Below are positions 31,401 to 40,701 of a stretch of DNA of 64,000 nucleotides, one piece after another. The translations under genes and the position numbers were made by a program. This stretch comes from a virus (taxonomy: Duplodnaviria > Caudoviricetes), in IMG/VR virus record IMGVR_UViG_3300015607_000169, positions 7,842 through 71,841 of that record; one strand, given 5' to 3'. The stretch's first letter is position 1; the number at the start of each line of letters is the position of its first letter. The notes below the pieces were generated by a model that did not search any database, was not told where the DNA came from, and was given only the letters and a program-made list of their open reading frames with translations.

Positions 31401-32628
31401 TCTTCCCATAAATTGACGGCATTTTTATTGCCAATTCAATCTGCTTTTTCCTCTTATTAATCTTGTTCAAATAATGAGAGGTCTCAGAAAGCATAACTTG
31501 TCTGAGATTTGAAATTAGAGCCTGGGATAGTCCACTAGTTTGATACTCTACTACTTGAGAAGAAAGATCATAGATTCTACGATTCTTCTGTCCAATTAGA
31601 TTAATGAGCAACTCATCCTTAAGATAGTAATTGGAAAGGAATGGAGATTCATCTACAATGGAAGGATCTAATATTGTCTGAACGTAAGACTTTAAATCTT
31701 CAAGCTTAATCTGATTTCCTCTACCTCCGATATTTGGATCGTAATCCAATCTCCAAAGGTTAGGGGCGTCTAGTTCAGACTTTCTAGACTCAAGCTCAAG
31801 TAGGGCTGGTATGATTCCACTAGTTTGCGAGTCATAATAAAGTCCATCCTTTGATAGAATGAACTTGCCCGACTTTGATATTGGAGGGGCAAATGCAAGT
31901 CTGAATACCTCAGGTAATGCTGTGTTAATTGAGGATGCTATCTGGAGATCTGTCCCAGAGATAATATCTCCATATTCAGGGTAGAACTTTGGCTCTAATT
32001 CAGGGTTAGCTAGCCTAGCTTTCATTTCAGCATCAATCTTAGCTACCAATTGTTCTGCTGATTCTTTGAATGCTACGGTTCTATCAAGATCCGCCCTTTC
32101 ACGATCAAATTCATATTCTATATTATCTTTAGCTCTAGTGGTAATTGAGTTTCCTCCACTAGCCTTAAGATAATCCAAATACCCTTGAATACATTCCTTG
32201 GATGCATTGATTCTATCAACAGCATTTTCGTAATTAGTGTATAGCTTGCCTGCGAATCCTGCGGCTGCTCCAACTGCATTTAGGAATGATTCGAAAGTTC
32301 CCACTTCCGCCCCATCTTGAACATCTAACCCATTCTTAGAGGAATTAGATACCCAACGAATAGTTCCATCTTCCGTGTCATACTCTAATAATCCAAACTT
32401 TTGCCCGAGGTAGGCAAATCCAGCCTTGATCGCATCGTCAGCCCTAGCCGCAGAATCGGCTGTAGAGGCCCGTAGGGACTCTAAGATAGGGAACGGGAGC
32501 AAACTAAGGACTTCGGAGCCTAGATTAATTAGGCAGGAGGGCATACCGAAAGCTGTCCCTAGAGATCCTAAAGTGCTTCCACCTTGTCCTGATGTTCGTA
32601 AAAATGTCTTAAGATCGAAGATTGCCAT
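28471..32628 (-). CDS. Modular virion protein: structural N-terminus + LamG/ConA-like lectin + GH49/GH28-like beta-helix depolymerase
   Basis: TIDTWVH, FVHIVTTFD...IKVYCD, WIIGG, GYVGSTKFYSRPLTQSEI (LamG); YYGPGIH...VYLDGGAYV...FIGPGII, WSTDG, NSDDCL (dextranase-like). Confidence 0.7.
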   Translation of the reverse strand: MAIFDLKTFLRTSGQGGSTLGSLGTAFGMPSCLINLGSEVLSLLPFPILESLRASTADSAARADDAIKAGFAYLGQKFGLLEYDTEDGTIRWVSNSSKNGLDVQDGAEVGTFESFLNAVGAAAGFAGKLYTNYENAVDRINASKECIQGYLDYLKASGGNSITTRAKDNIEYEFDRERADLDRTVAFKESAEQLVAKIDAEMKARLANPELEPKFYPEYGDIISGTDLQIASSINTALPEVFRLAFAPPISKSGKFILSKDGLYYDSQTSGIIPALLELESRKSELDAPNLWRLDYDPNIGGRGNQIKLEDLKSYVQTILDPSIVDESPFLSNYYLKDELLINLIGQKNRRIYDLSSQVVEYQTSGLSQALISNLRQVMLSETSHYLNKINKRKKQIELAIKMPSIYGKRISYQPGKVPVNDFSYLEGIDFEFDVSKQRKLTFNQAEVSSVVLPLKPKYTQQVQSANKVQLDHLLLSNIGLGSIISDQTVVDGPVLTVNHTIAKEGLIALLNYLYVESDKDSGYFKLHNSSDLGNRLDPILVTKAVEDIFNLGAGIVYLKGITEQSSLDSSIPSGIGSFIKLPEKKEFQDLLYNQTGATIDTWVHLPGLNIDSYNFSVKFDLQKYYRLILANENINGGSSGDSVNGLIYGFTRDRRITLDSPASDFTLDNPLNSACLFLAKTTSTGTDVDFISKSADCVNSDGYYNIRVPIFQSSSLSSIGNEFVHIVTTFDPINNEIKVYCDANLLATSSYEQTFGVDPRIANLGIPSFKQPNSFEYNETTMANTGSDDLMSGPKLDSYFTPWIIGGGYTDGMGFMGSHGGARSGLEGYVGSTKFYSRPLTQSEIEENFEVNRSLFKNVNVPSSTPELISTEVYSPGVSTLSSTKYSVEVYNGSSWDNAYVFSASRQAIAVNGGPSSNANQFWTSGSYPTVHYLTFGTPKSTLVRISKIGSSITNPIIRPASRNLSYLLSSGKLILEMDQLDKLWITPDSTDLSNPLFISCDPPKPDIPDNCLYYGPGIHTVGSGVSSIAEGTTVYLDGGAYVKATFLLNGKDDISFIGPGIIAPPDGVTREALVAQFPGVGFSSVSGVFDAGYVAIKTNYFWDDYVNTGKSSAKNFIISGVTFVNYAFWSVVGINKIGNCKFYSPWVWSTDGPYIIPDRVTGQCEFRDSIVFNSDDCLVGVGYRVSSTPATATYDNLLLYAMANGPIALAYGPRYDPNKDYPVTITNIDAANYQLSSASIINSQALIKIYDESVSSLSATISASPYDWGLFNVTLSSIRFEGSSCIPFIKMGNLDDPFMTGSGISFGNYSGIIFKDISVSGYPGTLSSLIQGLNASNTVKHVQFTDVVINGASITEDNYRTYFTFDATTDPTLVDSDITFNTT

Positions 32629-33707
32629 TATTCTTGATAGTCGTTTTTATCTAAGGGTAACTGTATAGTAGGTATAGGAGGCACACTAGTTTGAGAGTTT
32701 AATTGGAGTGCAGTTGTTCCATCAATTGATACCACACCAGGAGACAATATTGATACGGTTGCTCCCCCCTGCATCGCGATACTTGCATCTGCAATTAGAT
32801 TGAATGATTGAGTATGCATTGAAATTACAGGTGAGTCCATTGATATGCTTGTATCAGACTTTATCTGGACATTCAACGCCTCAATCATAACCGATCCGTC
32901 TGCCTGAATCTGGATTCTAGCTTTTGGTGTTATAATGAATATCCTGCCGTCTGAGCCTTCTGAATGAAGAGTGATATCAGAGTGCTTGGATCGAACATTC
33001 ACGTTTCCGGACTTCTGGCCTGGGGATAATCCATTGATACCTGTTGATAGGTTTTCAATGTTTATATCTCTGCCATCAATTACTCTAAGATCCATCTCAG
33101 ACTCAAACACTGTGAACATTTGAGGACCATTAGACTTCATTAGGATCGCCCTATCGCTTAGGGTTGGATTCTCTTTGGAAGTTATTGTAATTCCATCTCC
33201 ATGTTCATTTCTAATCTTGATGAAGTTAGCTTTTGGAGAATCGCTAATAAGAACTTTCTTGCCTGCTTGAGATATTAATTCTACTTTGGATGAAATGAAT
33301 TTCTTTGCGAATGTGCTTGATATTCTCATTCCATTGTTAAATGGATCGGTGAAAGTAATTACTTGCGGAATATCCTTATCTTTGAATACATATTTATCCG
33401 CTATTATTTTCCAATTTTTTAAAATTGATGACCTAGGGTCTTTCTCAGAAGATGAATTATGATCTACTACAGTAGAAATGTAATAAAATGCATTATTGGA
33501 GTCTAAGTGATAAACTAAAATATCTGTCCCAACCTCAGGAAGTGCAATCATTCCTCCACTATTCTTAGAATAAAAAGGAGAAGTGTAAGTTACTTCAACA
33601 ATATCTGAAGAATACTCTTCAATGTAAGCAGACAATCTCCCTGAATGTGTGACATCTTTATTTGATACTACCTTCCCTAAATAGATTTTGTTTACTTTAT
33701 TTATCAT
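32628..33707 (-). CDS. Central spike / gp5-VgrG-like OB-fold protein without lysozyme domain
   Basis: GKVVSNKD..HSGRL..., GGMIALPEVGTDILV OB-fold, then beta-helix repeats (IQIQADGSVMIEA...). Confidence 0.8.
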   Translation of the reverse strand: MINKVNKIYLGKVVSNKDVTHSGRLSAYIEEYSSDIVEVTYTSPFYSKNSGGMIALPEVGTDILVYHLDSNNAFYYISTVVDHNSSSEKDPRSSILKNWKIIADKYVFKDKDIPQVITFTDPFNNGMRISSTFAKKFISSKVELISQAGKKVLISDSPKANFIKIRNEHGDGITITSKENPTLSDRAILMKSNGPQMFTVFESEMDLRVIDGRDINIENLSTGINGLSPGQKSGNVNVRSKHSDITLHSEGSDGRIFIITPKARIQIQADGSVMIEALNVQIKSDTSISMDSPVISMHTQSFNLIADASIAMQGGATVSILSPGVVSIDGTTALQLNSQTSVPPIPTIQLPLDKNDYQE

Positions 33708-33708
33708 A

Positions 33709-36123
33709 TTACTTATTTTCTGGATTAGGGGCTAATCCAACAAATTCTCCTAAAGAATTAAAGAATCGTAGAGCTTTTACATAGATATTATTCTTATTCT
33801 TTTCTGCTATTACTTGATCCTGGGCTTTCTTACGTTCCTCTGCCTTATTCTCTAGTGTGCTGCCTAGGTCAGCTAGAATAGGATCTACAGTCTCCGTTCC
33901 TATTCTTCCACATAAGTTAAATTCTGAATAACATTCATTGGTGTTAATTACATGCCTACACCCTTTAATTTGATATAACCCAGTAAAGGTTTGAGGTCTT
34001 TTAGTTGATCCTACAATCTTATTGGGGTTATGTATTACAAAGCACTTTGGGGCAGTAAACGGAATTATATTAAAGAATGGTAGAGTTTTTATAGTTAAGT
34101 TAATTGCATAGTTATTCAATTCTTCAATGAAACTAGATTGAGCAGTATAAAATTCTTTAAATGATTCATGTTTAACGTAGACTCCATAATCATCATTTGT
34201 ATAAATTCTACATGCAATAATAAATGCTAAGTATTTAACTGATTTCCCTTTTGCAAATTTTATTAGTTTTTCATCAAAAGATAAAGTTTCTAGCCAATCT
34301 TTATCACTTAATTCTTTCAATACTAACTTATAAATCTCATTGAACGATACTTTATCATTTAAATCCTTTTGTAGTGGGGATAAAGAAGCTGCCGTTAGCT
34401 TTTCAAAAGATTGAGTTCCTGAAAAAGATGTATTAAAAGTTGATGCAACTTCTAGAGGAATAATATCATCTCTTAATTCTGTAGCTTCTATACCAAAGCC
34501 AAAATTAAATGCTGCAATAGCTCCTGCGTCAATATCTAAAGTTAGAGAAAGGACATTAGAATTAGCTATACCACACCTGAATACTGGATACCCTTCAATA
34601 GCAGCGGCTTCGAGTTTATACTTGATATTATTATCTAAGGAAAGATCATTTAATAAAGTATTTTCGCCAAAAGAGGAATTAGAATTTAGTCTCTTGAAAG
34701 TATTAAAATACTTAAGTCTATATTCACTTCTTTGCAAGTAGTATTGTTCTTGAGTTAGATCAAAGTCAATATTACTATCTTTAAGCGCATCACCTAAAGT
34801 TTTAACCGAATCACAATATACAAGATCATTAACTACCTCTTTTGGTCCAAATATGTATATTGTGTCTTTGTTATTCGATAATAATTTATTTCCCTTTAGT
34901 AAATTCAAATATTTTAGATCAGTCTGCTCTACTAAAATATAGGTATTAGGTGCGTATTTTGGTGGTTGCCAATATTTTACAACTAGTCCAAATAGGTTTT
35001 CTATTACTATGAATAGAATTTTAGCATAATCAGGAAAAAATGCATTGATAGAGTCATTTACTTGAACTAATGTATTTATTCCTAGCCCTAAAACATAATT
35101 CTCCGGTGGATCCCCATTCTTAACCTGTTCTCTTAAAAAAGGCGTTGGAACAAGGGATCCTGTAAACTTTTTCTTTGAAAAGTCTTCTGTAAAACTCATT
35201 CCTATTTCTTCACAAAATTTTTGGAAAAGGATTATTGATTTGCTATCTCTATCATTCAAATCTTTTACTATAGGATCATTACTTTTATTTGAAATATACG
35301 CATGAAGTATAAATCTTAAATTTGGTAAAAAAAGGAATACATTCTGAGATCCTGATATTATTTTGATGTAATCTTCAATACAAGATCTTAACTTTTTAGC
35401 AAAGAGATCTTCTATTGGGGAGGGTAATCCGGAAAACAAATCTTTTCCTCGTTCTTCTTTAATATTAATTAAAGTTTTGCTTCTTACTTCAACTATTTTC
35501 CCTAATGAAATAATTTTATTAAATCTAGCTACTGATTGATTCCTAGAATTGTTTAAATCTGCTAGAATTGAATTTGATTGAAGATATCCACTAAAAGAAT
35601 TAAACTCAAGTATAACTCTTTTAACTCCATTAGAATCAATTTTTACTTTAGCATTAACAAGATCAATCTTATATGGCCCTGCCCAGGTTGATACATCTGA
35701 CCCAACCCCAAAGGAACAATAAATTGATAAATAATCTTCTAATAAAGCATTAGTCTTTATCTTTTCTAGATTTGTATTATTTGTAAATTTTGAATTAGTC
35801 CTAAATTCACTAACTATCTTCTTTAAGAGAATTATTTTTCCGTTTGATTCAATATATTGTTGTTCAAAATCATTATTCGAATCTATAAAAGTTAACGAGA
35901 GGCCCATCTGTTCAGCTCCAGCAGACCCCCATGATAATTCAAAATCTATAAGCCCATTATTTTTGGATGGGGTTGAAATTAAAGATTTTTCCTGCTCTTC
36001 TTTTGTTAGGTAAATTGTAACATCATTTTCTATATCAACTGATGGAACTTTACCAAAAAACAATTTATCTATAACTTCTCTGGAGGAGGTTAGAAAGATT
36101 GATGGAGAGAATACTTTAGACAT
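33709..36123 (-). CDS. Probable baseplate hub protein (gp27-like), very AT-rich gene
   Basis: Between gp53-like and gp5-like genes; C-terminal TIKTLPFF...FTGLYQIKGCRHVI...YSEFNL like hub/late-control D. Confidence 0.55.
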   Translation of the reverse strand: MSKVFSPSIFLTSSREVIDKLFFGKVPSVDIENDVTIYLTKEEQEKSLISTPSKNNGLIDFELSWGSAGAEQMGLSLTFIDSNNDFEQQYIESNGKIILLKKIVSEFRTNSKFTNNTNLEKIKTNALLEDYLSIYCSFGVGSDVSTWAGPYKIDLVNAKVKIDSNGVKRVILEFNSFSGYLQSNSILADLNNSRNQSVARFNKIISLGKIVEVRSKTLINIKEERGKDLFSGLPSPIEDLFAKKLRSCIEDYIKIISGSQNVFLFLPNLRFILHAYISNKSNDPIVKDLNDRDSKSIILFQKFCEEIGMSFTEDFSKKKFTGSLVPTPFLREQVKNGDPPENYVLGLGINTLVQVNDSINAFFPDYAKILFIVIENLFGLVVKYWQPPKYAPNTYILVEQTDLKYLNLLKGNKLLSNNKDTIYIFGPKEVVNDLVYCDSVKTLGDALKDSNIDFDLTQEQYYLQRSEYRLKYFNTFKRLNSNSSFGENTLLNDLSLDNNIKYKLEAAAIEGYPVFRCGIANSNVLSLTLDIDAGAIAAFNFGFGIEATELRDDIIPLEVASTFNTSFSGTQSFEKLTAASLSPLQKDLNDKVSFNEIYKLVLKELSDKDWLETLSFDEKLIKFAKGKSVKYLAFIIACRIYTNDDYGVYVKHESFKEFYTAQSSFIEELNNYAINLTIKTLPFFNIIPFTAPKCFVIHNPNKIVGSTKRPQTFTGLYQIKGCRHVINTNECYSEFNLCGRIGTETVDPILADLGSTLENKAEERKKAQDQVIAEKNKNNIYVKALRFFNSLGEFVGLAPNPENK

Positions 36124-36415
36124 TGATTAACCTTGGAATTCTTATATCATCTCCAACTCTTAATCTTTGTAATGGATCTGAAATATTATTAAACCAACAA
36201 ATAACCCAATCATAAGTTGGAGTCCCGTAAAATACATTGGAGATCAAATCGGCCCGGTGCTCATATCCTGCTGGGACTGTTCCTATATCAAAGGCAAAAG
36301 AATCCATTTGCTCTAGAAATGACTCAAAGCTTATTGAATTCAGGGAAGTATAAATGGTCTTATCTTTATGCTGAATTGCAGTGCTTCCAATTGATAAATG
36401 GTTATTATATGTCAT
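36116..36415 (-). CDS. gp53: Baseplate wedge LysM-like protein (gp53/gpX-like)
   Basis: HRADLISNVFYGTPTYDWVICWFNNISDP..L.VGDDIRIP. Confidence 0.85.
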   Translation of the reverse strand: MTYNNHLSIGSTAIQHKDKTIYTSLNSISFESFLEQMDSFAFDIGTVPAGYEHRADLISNVFYGTPTYDWVICWFNNISDPLQRLRVGDDIRIPRLINV

Positions 36416-37383
36416 TAGCTAAAGTCTACTGTTGTGACCCCTCTATAACTAGTCTTTGATGCTGCCATTGAAACAGCTTGTCTTTGTCTCTCCTCTTCCG
36501 CTTTCTTTGTTGCAGTTTCATAATCATCATAACTACCCTTCAATCCAATTAACCCGTTGTAAGGATCCATATTATTAGTATCCAATACTGCCTCCCATCC
36601 TACGTTATTATCTCCGTCAATGATTTTCTGAGCTTTGAATTCACCAAAGTTGCCTACTCTTGTCTCATTCATTGAAAGAGAAACTTCGATTACCCTTGGA
36701 AGCATAGTCTTAACATCATACCCAAGTTCTGTCATTGGGCGAACAGAAATATTCTCAACTACACAAGGAATATTGTTATACATTACTCCATGGTTCAATC
36801 TTACAATTGGTGGTCCTAATGAGGAATTCGTTGCGTTGTTTAGAACAGAAGCTCTAACTAAGTTAACCCAAAACATAATTAGGTTAATTATCTTATTCTT
36901 TTCTGATGAATTATCCGGAGGAGTTAGGAAAGAGAATAGGGCCTTTGGATCTTGAACTCCAGTCAAATCCTTATAGAAGCTTGATTGAATTTTGGCGTGA
37001 TCCAGGCCCCTGCTTGTCAACTTCTCACTCTTTTGCTTTAGGTCAAAGAATCTCTGCATCGCATCCATCTTTGAATCACCAAACGTCTCATTGACATTAA
37101 ACTTAAAGATGTCAAGAATTCCTTCGATGGTGAAGTAGTCAATAACATTGTTTAACGTTATATTAAATCTTAATGAGAATGTTCGGGATTTTGCCCCAAG
37201 ATGTGAGTATAAAGATCCGTTCCTTCCAATAAGATCGTATGAGGATAGATTAGCTTTTCTAGATTCAGAAATTTCTAGCTTTTCTAAAATTGGAAGATAA
37301 GCCTCTATGAATCTATTTTGTTCCTGCGGAAATTGAAACACTAGATGGGATCTTTCCGCTAATTTTCTAGGAATATACTTCAT
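36415..37383 (-). CDS. Tail tube initiator / baseplate cap (gp48/gp54-like)
   Basis: YDLIGRNG...GAKSRTFSL, GPPIVRL.HG..Y.NIPCVV...LPRVIEVSLSM. Confidence 0.7.
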   Translation of the reverse strand: MKYIPRKLAERSHLVFQFPQEQNRFIEAYLPILEKLEISESRKANLSSYDLIGRNGSLYSHLGAKSRTFSLRFNITLNNVIDYFTIEGILDIFKFNVNETFGDSKMDAMQRFFDLKQKSEKLTSRGLDHAKIQSSFYKDLTGVQDPKALFSFLTPPDNSSEKNKIINLIMFWVNLVRASVLNNATNSSLGPPIVRLNHGVMYNNIPCVVENISVRPMTELGYDVKTMLPRVIEVSLSMNETRVGNFGEFKAQKIIDGDNNVGWEAVLDTNNMDPYNGLIGLKGSYDDYETATKKAEEERQRQAVSMAASKTSYRGVTTVDFS

Positions 37384-38927
37384 TATCTAACAAACCCTCC
37401 TTCATCCATTTTTCCATAGATAGCTTTCAAGTATTTTACTGACTCTTCTAATGCCTTCTTTGAAGAGTCCTCATTATCCTTAACTCTTATAATACTACCA
37501 ATAAACATATCCATACTTCGGTATTTGTCTTGTTCGGCTTGTTCCTTAGCTTTTTTATCTTTGTTAGCAAATTCTAATTCAGCCAATTGTTTCTTTTGAA
37601 TTTCAAGTGATTCTTTCTCTTTATCATTAGAGAATAGACGGTATATGCCATACCCAACTCCTGCCACTGCTGCGAATGCTGCGACCCAGGGCAATGCTGT
37701 TACTAAGGCTGGAGCTACTCTAGCTAGTATTGGCGTAAGAATGCCTAATCTTGCGGCACCCCCTCCAACCTGCCCAGCCAAATTTGCTGCTGTCTGTGCG
37801 GCTAATAATGCAGATCGAGTTTGCATTACGCCCATTAGGGTATTAGTTACTAGCAATGCAGGCCCAATTATGTTCACTCCCTTAACTATTGGCTCATAGA
37901 ATGATTTTGTAACCTCTGCGTAGGTGGAATTAAGCTTTTCATTTTGAGCTTTTATGCTATCCATTACATTTGTCTGAACATCATAATTGAGATCTTTTCT
38001 TTTGCTTTTTATGATTTCAGAGGCTCGGATAGCTCCCATAAATTCTTTGAATTCCGGACCTAAAATTTGTCTACCAATCTCAGGTGCAGTACCTTCGGGG
38101 GCAAGTTGTCTTGCAAATTTACCCCTTTCTTGTAATACTGATTGCAATACGTCTAAGGATTCTTCTAACGATTTGCCTTTTATTTTTTGTGCAAACCCTA
38201 ACCCACCTGTAACAGACCCTTGAGTAATGCTTTGGTTAAGAACGCTTTGAAACTCTCTTAGGAGCAGTTTTCCCTCCGCACCCTTACCAATAGCTTGTAA
38301 GTATTGACCTAACTTTGCCACTTCCTCGCCAGCACCATAAAATGATGCTTCGGAAATCTCCCCTTGAAGAGCTTGGATTGCATCTAAAAGATCTTGGCTG
38401 GATGTTTTATAGGTGTTAGCTAAGACTTGATTAGACTTAATAACACCCTCTGTAGAGTCTAATCCGTCTAAGAAAGCAGACTCCATAATTCCCATAGCTT
38501 CCCTAAGAGATTCTGTGGATTGGCCAGACAATCTCATTTTGTTTTGAAGGGTCAATAGGGAATCTGAGTTATTGTCTAACCCATACGCTAAGTTGTCAAT
38601 AAGCTCTTCCACATTTTCATAGAACCCACCTTGAAGTTTATCAAGCTGCTTTGAGTTCTCTTGAATATTCTTCATCAGTGTTGTATTAATCGAAAGACTC
38701 TTTATTTGAAGAGAATCAGCTTTCTTGAATACATCAATCAGATTTTTGGAGACCTGATGAAAGTTAGTAAATGAGTTGGCTAAAGTTAATACTGTGGATC
38801 TAAGATCCCTAACACTTCTATCAACAGTTCGCAATTGTCTACGAATCTCAGCATTATACTGATTAATTACTGCTTGATAGTTATTAGCATTTTGGGCTGG
38901 AATTGGTGGGAGATTCGTGTTGGTCAT
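37383..38927 (-). CDS. Tape measure protein (514 aa)
   Basis: Helical Q/K/E/A-rich, hydrophobic Gly/Ala segments near residues 350-430, directly upstream of the tube initiator. Confidence 0.7.
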   Translation of the reverse strand: MTNTNLPPIPAQNANNYQAVINQYNAEIRRQLRTVDRSVRDLRSTVLTLANSFTNFHQVSKNLIDVFKKADSLQIKSLSINTTLMKNIQENSKQLDKLQGGFYENVEELIDNLAYGLDNNSDSLLTLQNKMRLSGQSTESLREAMGIMESAFLDGLDSTEGVIKSNQVLANTYKTSSQDLLDAIQALQGEISEASFYGAGEEVAKLGQYLQAIGKGAEGKLLLREFQSVLNQSITQGSVTGGLGFAQKIKGKSLEESLDVLQSVLQERGKFARQLAPEGTAPEIGRQILGPEFKEFMGAIRASEIIKSKRKDLNYDVQTNVMDSIKAQNEKLNSTYAEVTKSFYEPIVKGVNIIGPALLVTNTLMGVMQTRSALLAAQTAANLAGQVGGGAARLGILTPILARVAPALVTALPWVAAFAAVAGVGYGIYRLFSNDKEKESLEIQKKQLAELEFANKDKKAKEQAEQDKYRSMDMFIGSIIRVKDNEDSSKKALEESVKYLKAIYGKMDEGGFVR

Positions 38928-39310
38928 ACTATTTCAATCTTAGCTAAGTGATGTATCTTTGCAGTATTAAATGTCCTAAAATTCTTCTCCCCAATAAACA
39001 CAGAGAGAATTCTGGGCGTATTCTTATAGGTGCATCGAATCCTATTTCTATACAAGTTATTTAGGATAAGCTTTAACATGCTCTCAGTTATCGAATCTAA
39101 GAGAAAGATATTAAGAAGCGTATTATCCTTTGTAGATAAGAAGTATCCCCTAAATGTCCGTTTAGACCTAACAACTAAACCAAATCTAGATGAGCCATCT
39201 GTATACTCAAAAGAGACTAAATCTCCAGCCTGTAGTCCCAGAAAGGAAGTAAACCTAGACTGGATAACTTTACCATCAAGAATGTATTCAAGCTCATCTA
39301 ATGCTCCCAT
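38924..39310 (-). CDS. Hypothetical protein (128 aa), first gene of the tail operon
   Basis: Stop overlaps the TMP ATG (ATGA); GAGG RBS. Confidence 0.65.
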   Translation of the reverse strand: MGALDELEYILDGKVIQSRFTSFLGLQAGDLVSFEYTDGSSRFGLVVRSKRTFRGYFLSTKDNTLLNIFLLDSITESMLKLILNNLYRNRIRCTYKNTPRILSVFIGEKNFRTFNTAKIHHLAKIEIV

Positions 39311-39404
39311 TTGTAATATTTTCGTCCTCTAAGAAATTTTTTTTCATTCTAGCCAAGATTTTGTCTATATTATATACTATCTGGGATTTGATGAATCAGA
39401 TTCG

Positions 39405-39436
39405 GTAAGGCCCTCCTTAGTGGTGTCGGGCCTTAC
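39405..39436. other. 9-bp GC-rich stem-loop in divergent intergenic region
   Basis: GTAAGGCCC-N14-GGGCCTTAC. Confidence 0.5.
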
Positions 39437-39482
39437 AATGTGAATAAAAGAGATACTGAGTGTAAGGGAATAGTATATCAAT

Positions 39483-39785
39483 ATGTATAGCAATTTGGAC
39501 ACCGAAATTTTTGAGCTTATGGATCTCCTCTCGTTTTCTCTTAGTAAAGATTTTATGGAGAAGTGGAGATTCAAGTATGGGGAAAGGTTGGTCAGGCTAT
39601 TCCAGATGAGAATCCTTGAATCATTAAAGAGTTCTAAGAACCTCAAGTTGGATTCATTACATAAGTATCTGCATAAGGATTCCGGCTTCAATTCAGACCT
39701 AGTTAAGAATTTCTTTATAGATATTGACTATGAGATTTATTCGCCGATAATTACGGGGACGATGAGGTCCATAGAGTATGAGTAA
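39483..39785 (+). CDS. Hypothetical protein (100 aa)
   Basis: ATG ORF with AAGGGA upstream, fills the gap, protein-like composition. Confidence 0.65.
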   Translation: MYSNLDTEIFELMDLLSFSLSKDFMEKWRFKYGERLVRLFQMRILESLKSSKNLKLDSLHKYLHKDSGFNSDLVKNFFIDIDYEIYSPIITGTMRSIEYE

Positions 39786-39870
39786 TAAAGACGATCTGGT
39801 TCAGGCACTAAACGAATACAATATGTATTATCGTAACCCTAATCTATCGGCGGGGTTTGTGCTGATCTAC

Positions 39871-40701
39871 CTACTGATTCTTATCCTTCCCATCCTCTAC
39901 TTTAGATTGTTCCCTTAACTTCTTTTTCTCAGCAGCTAGAGCCCTCTGTTCCTCCAGTCTCTCACATACTTCTTTTTCTGAATTAAAGAGTGGGCAGACT
40001 GGCTTCATATCGCAGTAGTCACAGAAGATATTCCGCATTGGAGGAAACTCGTCCCGCTTCTTCTTTCTAATTCTCCAGACCTTATCAATCTCTTTCTTCT
40101 TCCAAGCAAAGATTTGGGCCTTATTGAATTGCACAACTACGAGATGGTTTGATACAGGGTAGTAATGCCCACACCAAATCTTGTTGAATTCAATATTATG
40201 CATCTTATGTACTGCATATGCATAACCCATTAATTGCTTATCCTGGAGCAAGTCTTTCTTTGATTTCTCTCGTTTTGAACTCTTGTAGTCTATAACTAGA
40301 TAGCCACCGTCCGATCCTTTGACGATACGGTCGATAACACCAGTATGCTTAATTCCAGCTTCAACGTCTAAGACTACTTCAAACTTACCCTCTGTAGCAA
40401 TTGTTTCACCCAATCCAGAATTAAGCTGAATGAAGTTCTCAACACAAATCTTGATCTTATCGTCATATTGGAATGGAATGTGGTAAGTTGCTCTTTCTTG
40501 TTCTGCTATCTTCATAAGAGATTTAGTATCTTTTAGAAGATAACCAAGCTCGAAAACTTTGTGTATAAATGAACCGAAGTTCAAACTTTCCTCGTTCTTT
40601 GATGCAAAACCTGGAAAATACTCAATATACTTATACGCATATCTTAATAAACATTGGTCTATACAATCGCTTTTAGTTGCACTGATCTTATCTATAAACA
40701 T
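39871..40701 (-). CDS. Cas4/RecB-like PD-(D/E)XK exonuclease with 4-Cys cluster
   Basis: ISATKSDCIDQCLLRY, FGSFIH, GVIDRI, VIDYKS, QLMGY, C-terminal FCDYCDMKPVCP. Confidence 0.88.
   Translation of the reverse strand: MFIDKISATKSDCIDQCLLRYAYKYIEYFPGFASKNEESLNFGSFIHKVFELGYLLKDTKSLMKIAEQERATYHIPFQYDDKIKICVENFIQLNSGLGETIATEGKFEVVLDVEAGIKHTGVIDRIVKGSDGGYLVIDYKSSKREKSKKDLLQDKQLMGYAYAVHKMHNIEFNKIWCGHYYPVSNHLVVVQFNKAQIFAWKKKEIDKVWRIRKKKRDEFPPMRNIFCDYCDMKPVCPLFNSEKEVCERLEEQRALAAEKKKLREQSKVEDGKDKNQ

Noticed and set aside
39294-39347. 17-aa uORF with an A8 run overlapping the 128-aa gene start (possible frameshift or phase variation)
   Set aside because: Adding or deleting one A hits a stop before joining the downstream frame; the downstream gene has its own GAGG RBS
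39778-39918. 46-aa plus-strand membrane peptide
   Set aside because: Its hydrophobic segment is the antisense of the K/E/D-rich nuclease C-terminus; no independent support
40559-40699. 47-aa N-terminal extension of the primase in the ORF track
   Set aside because: GTG start lies inside the antisense nuclease gene; ATG 40700 gives a typical primase length
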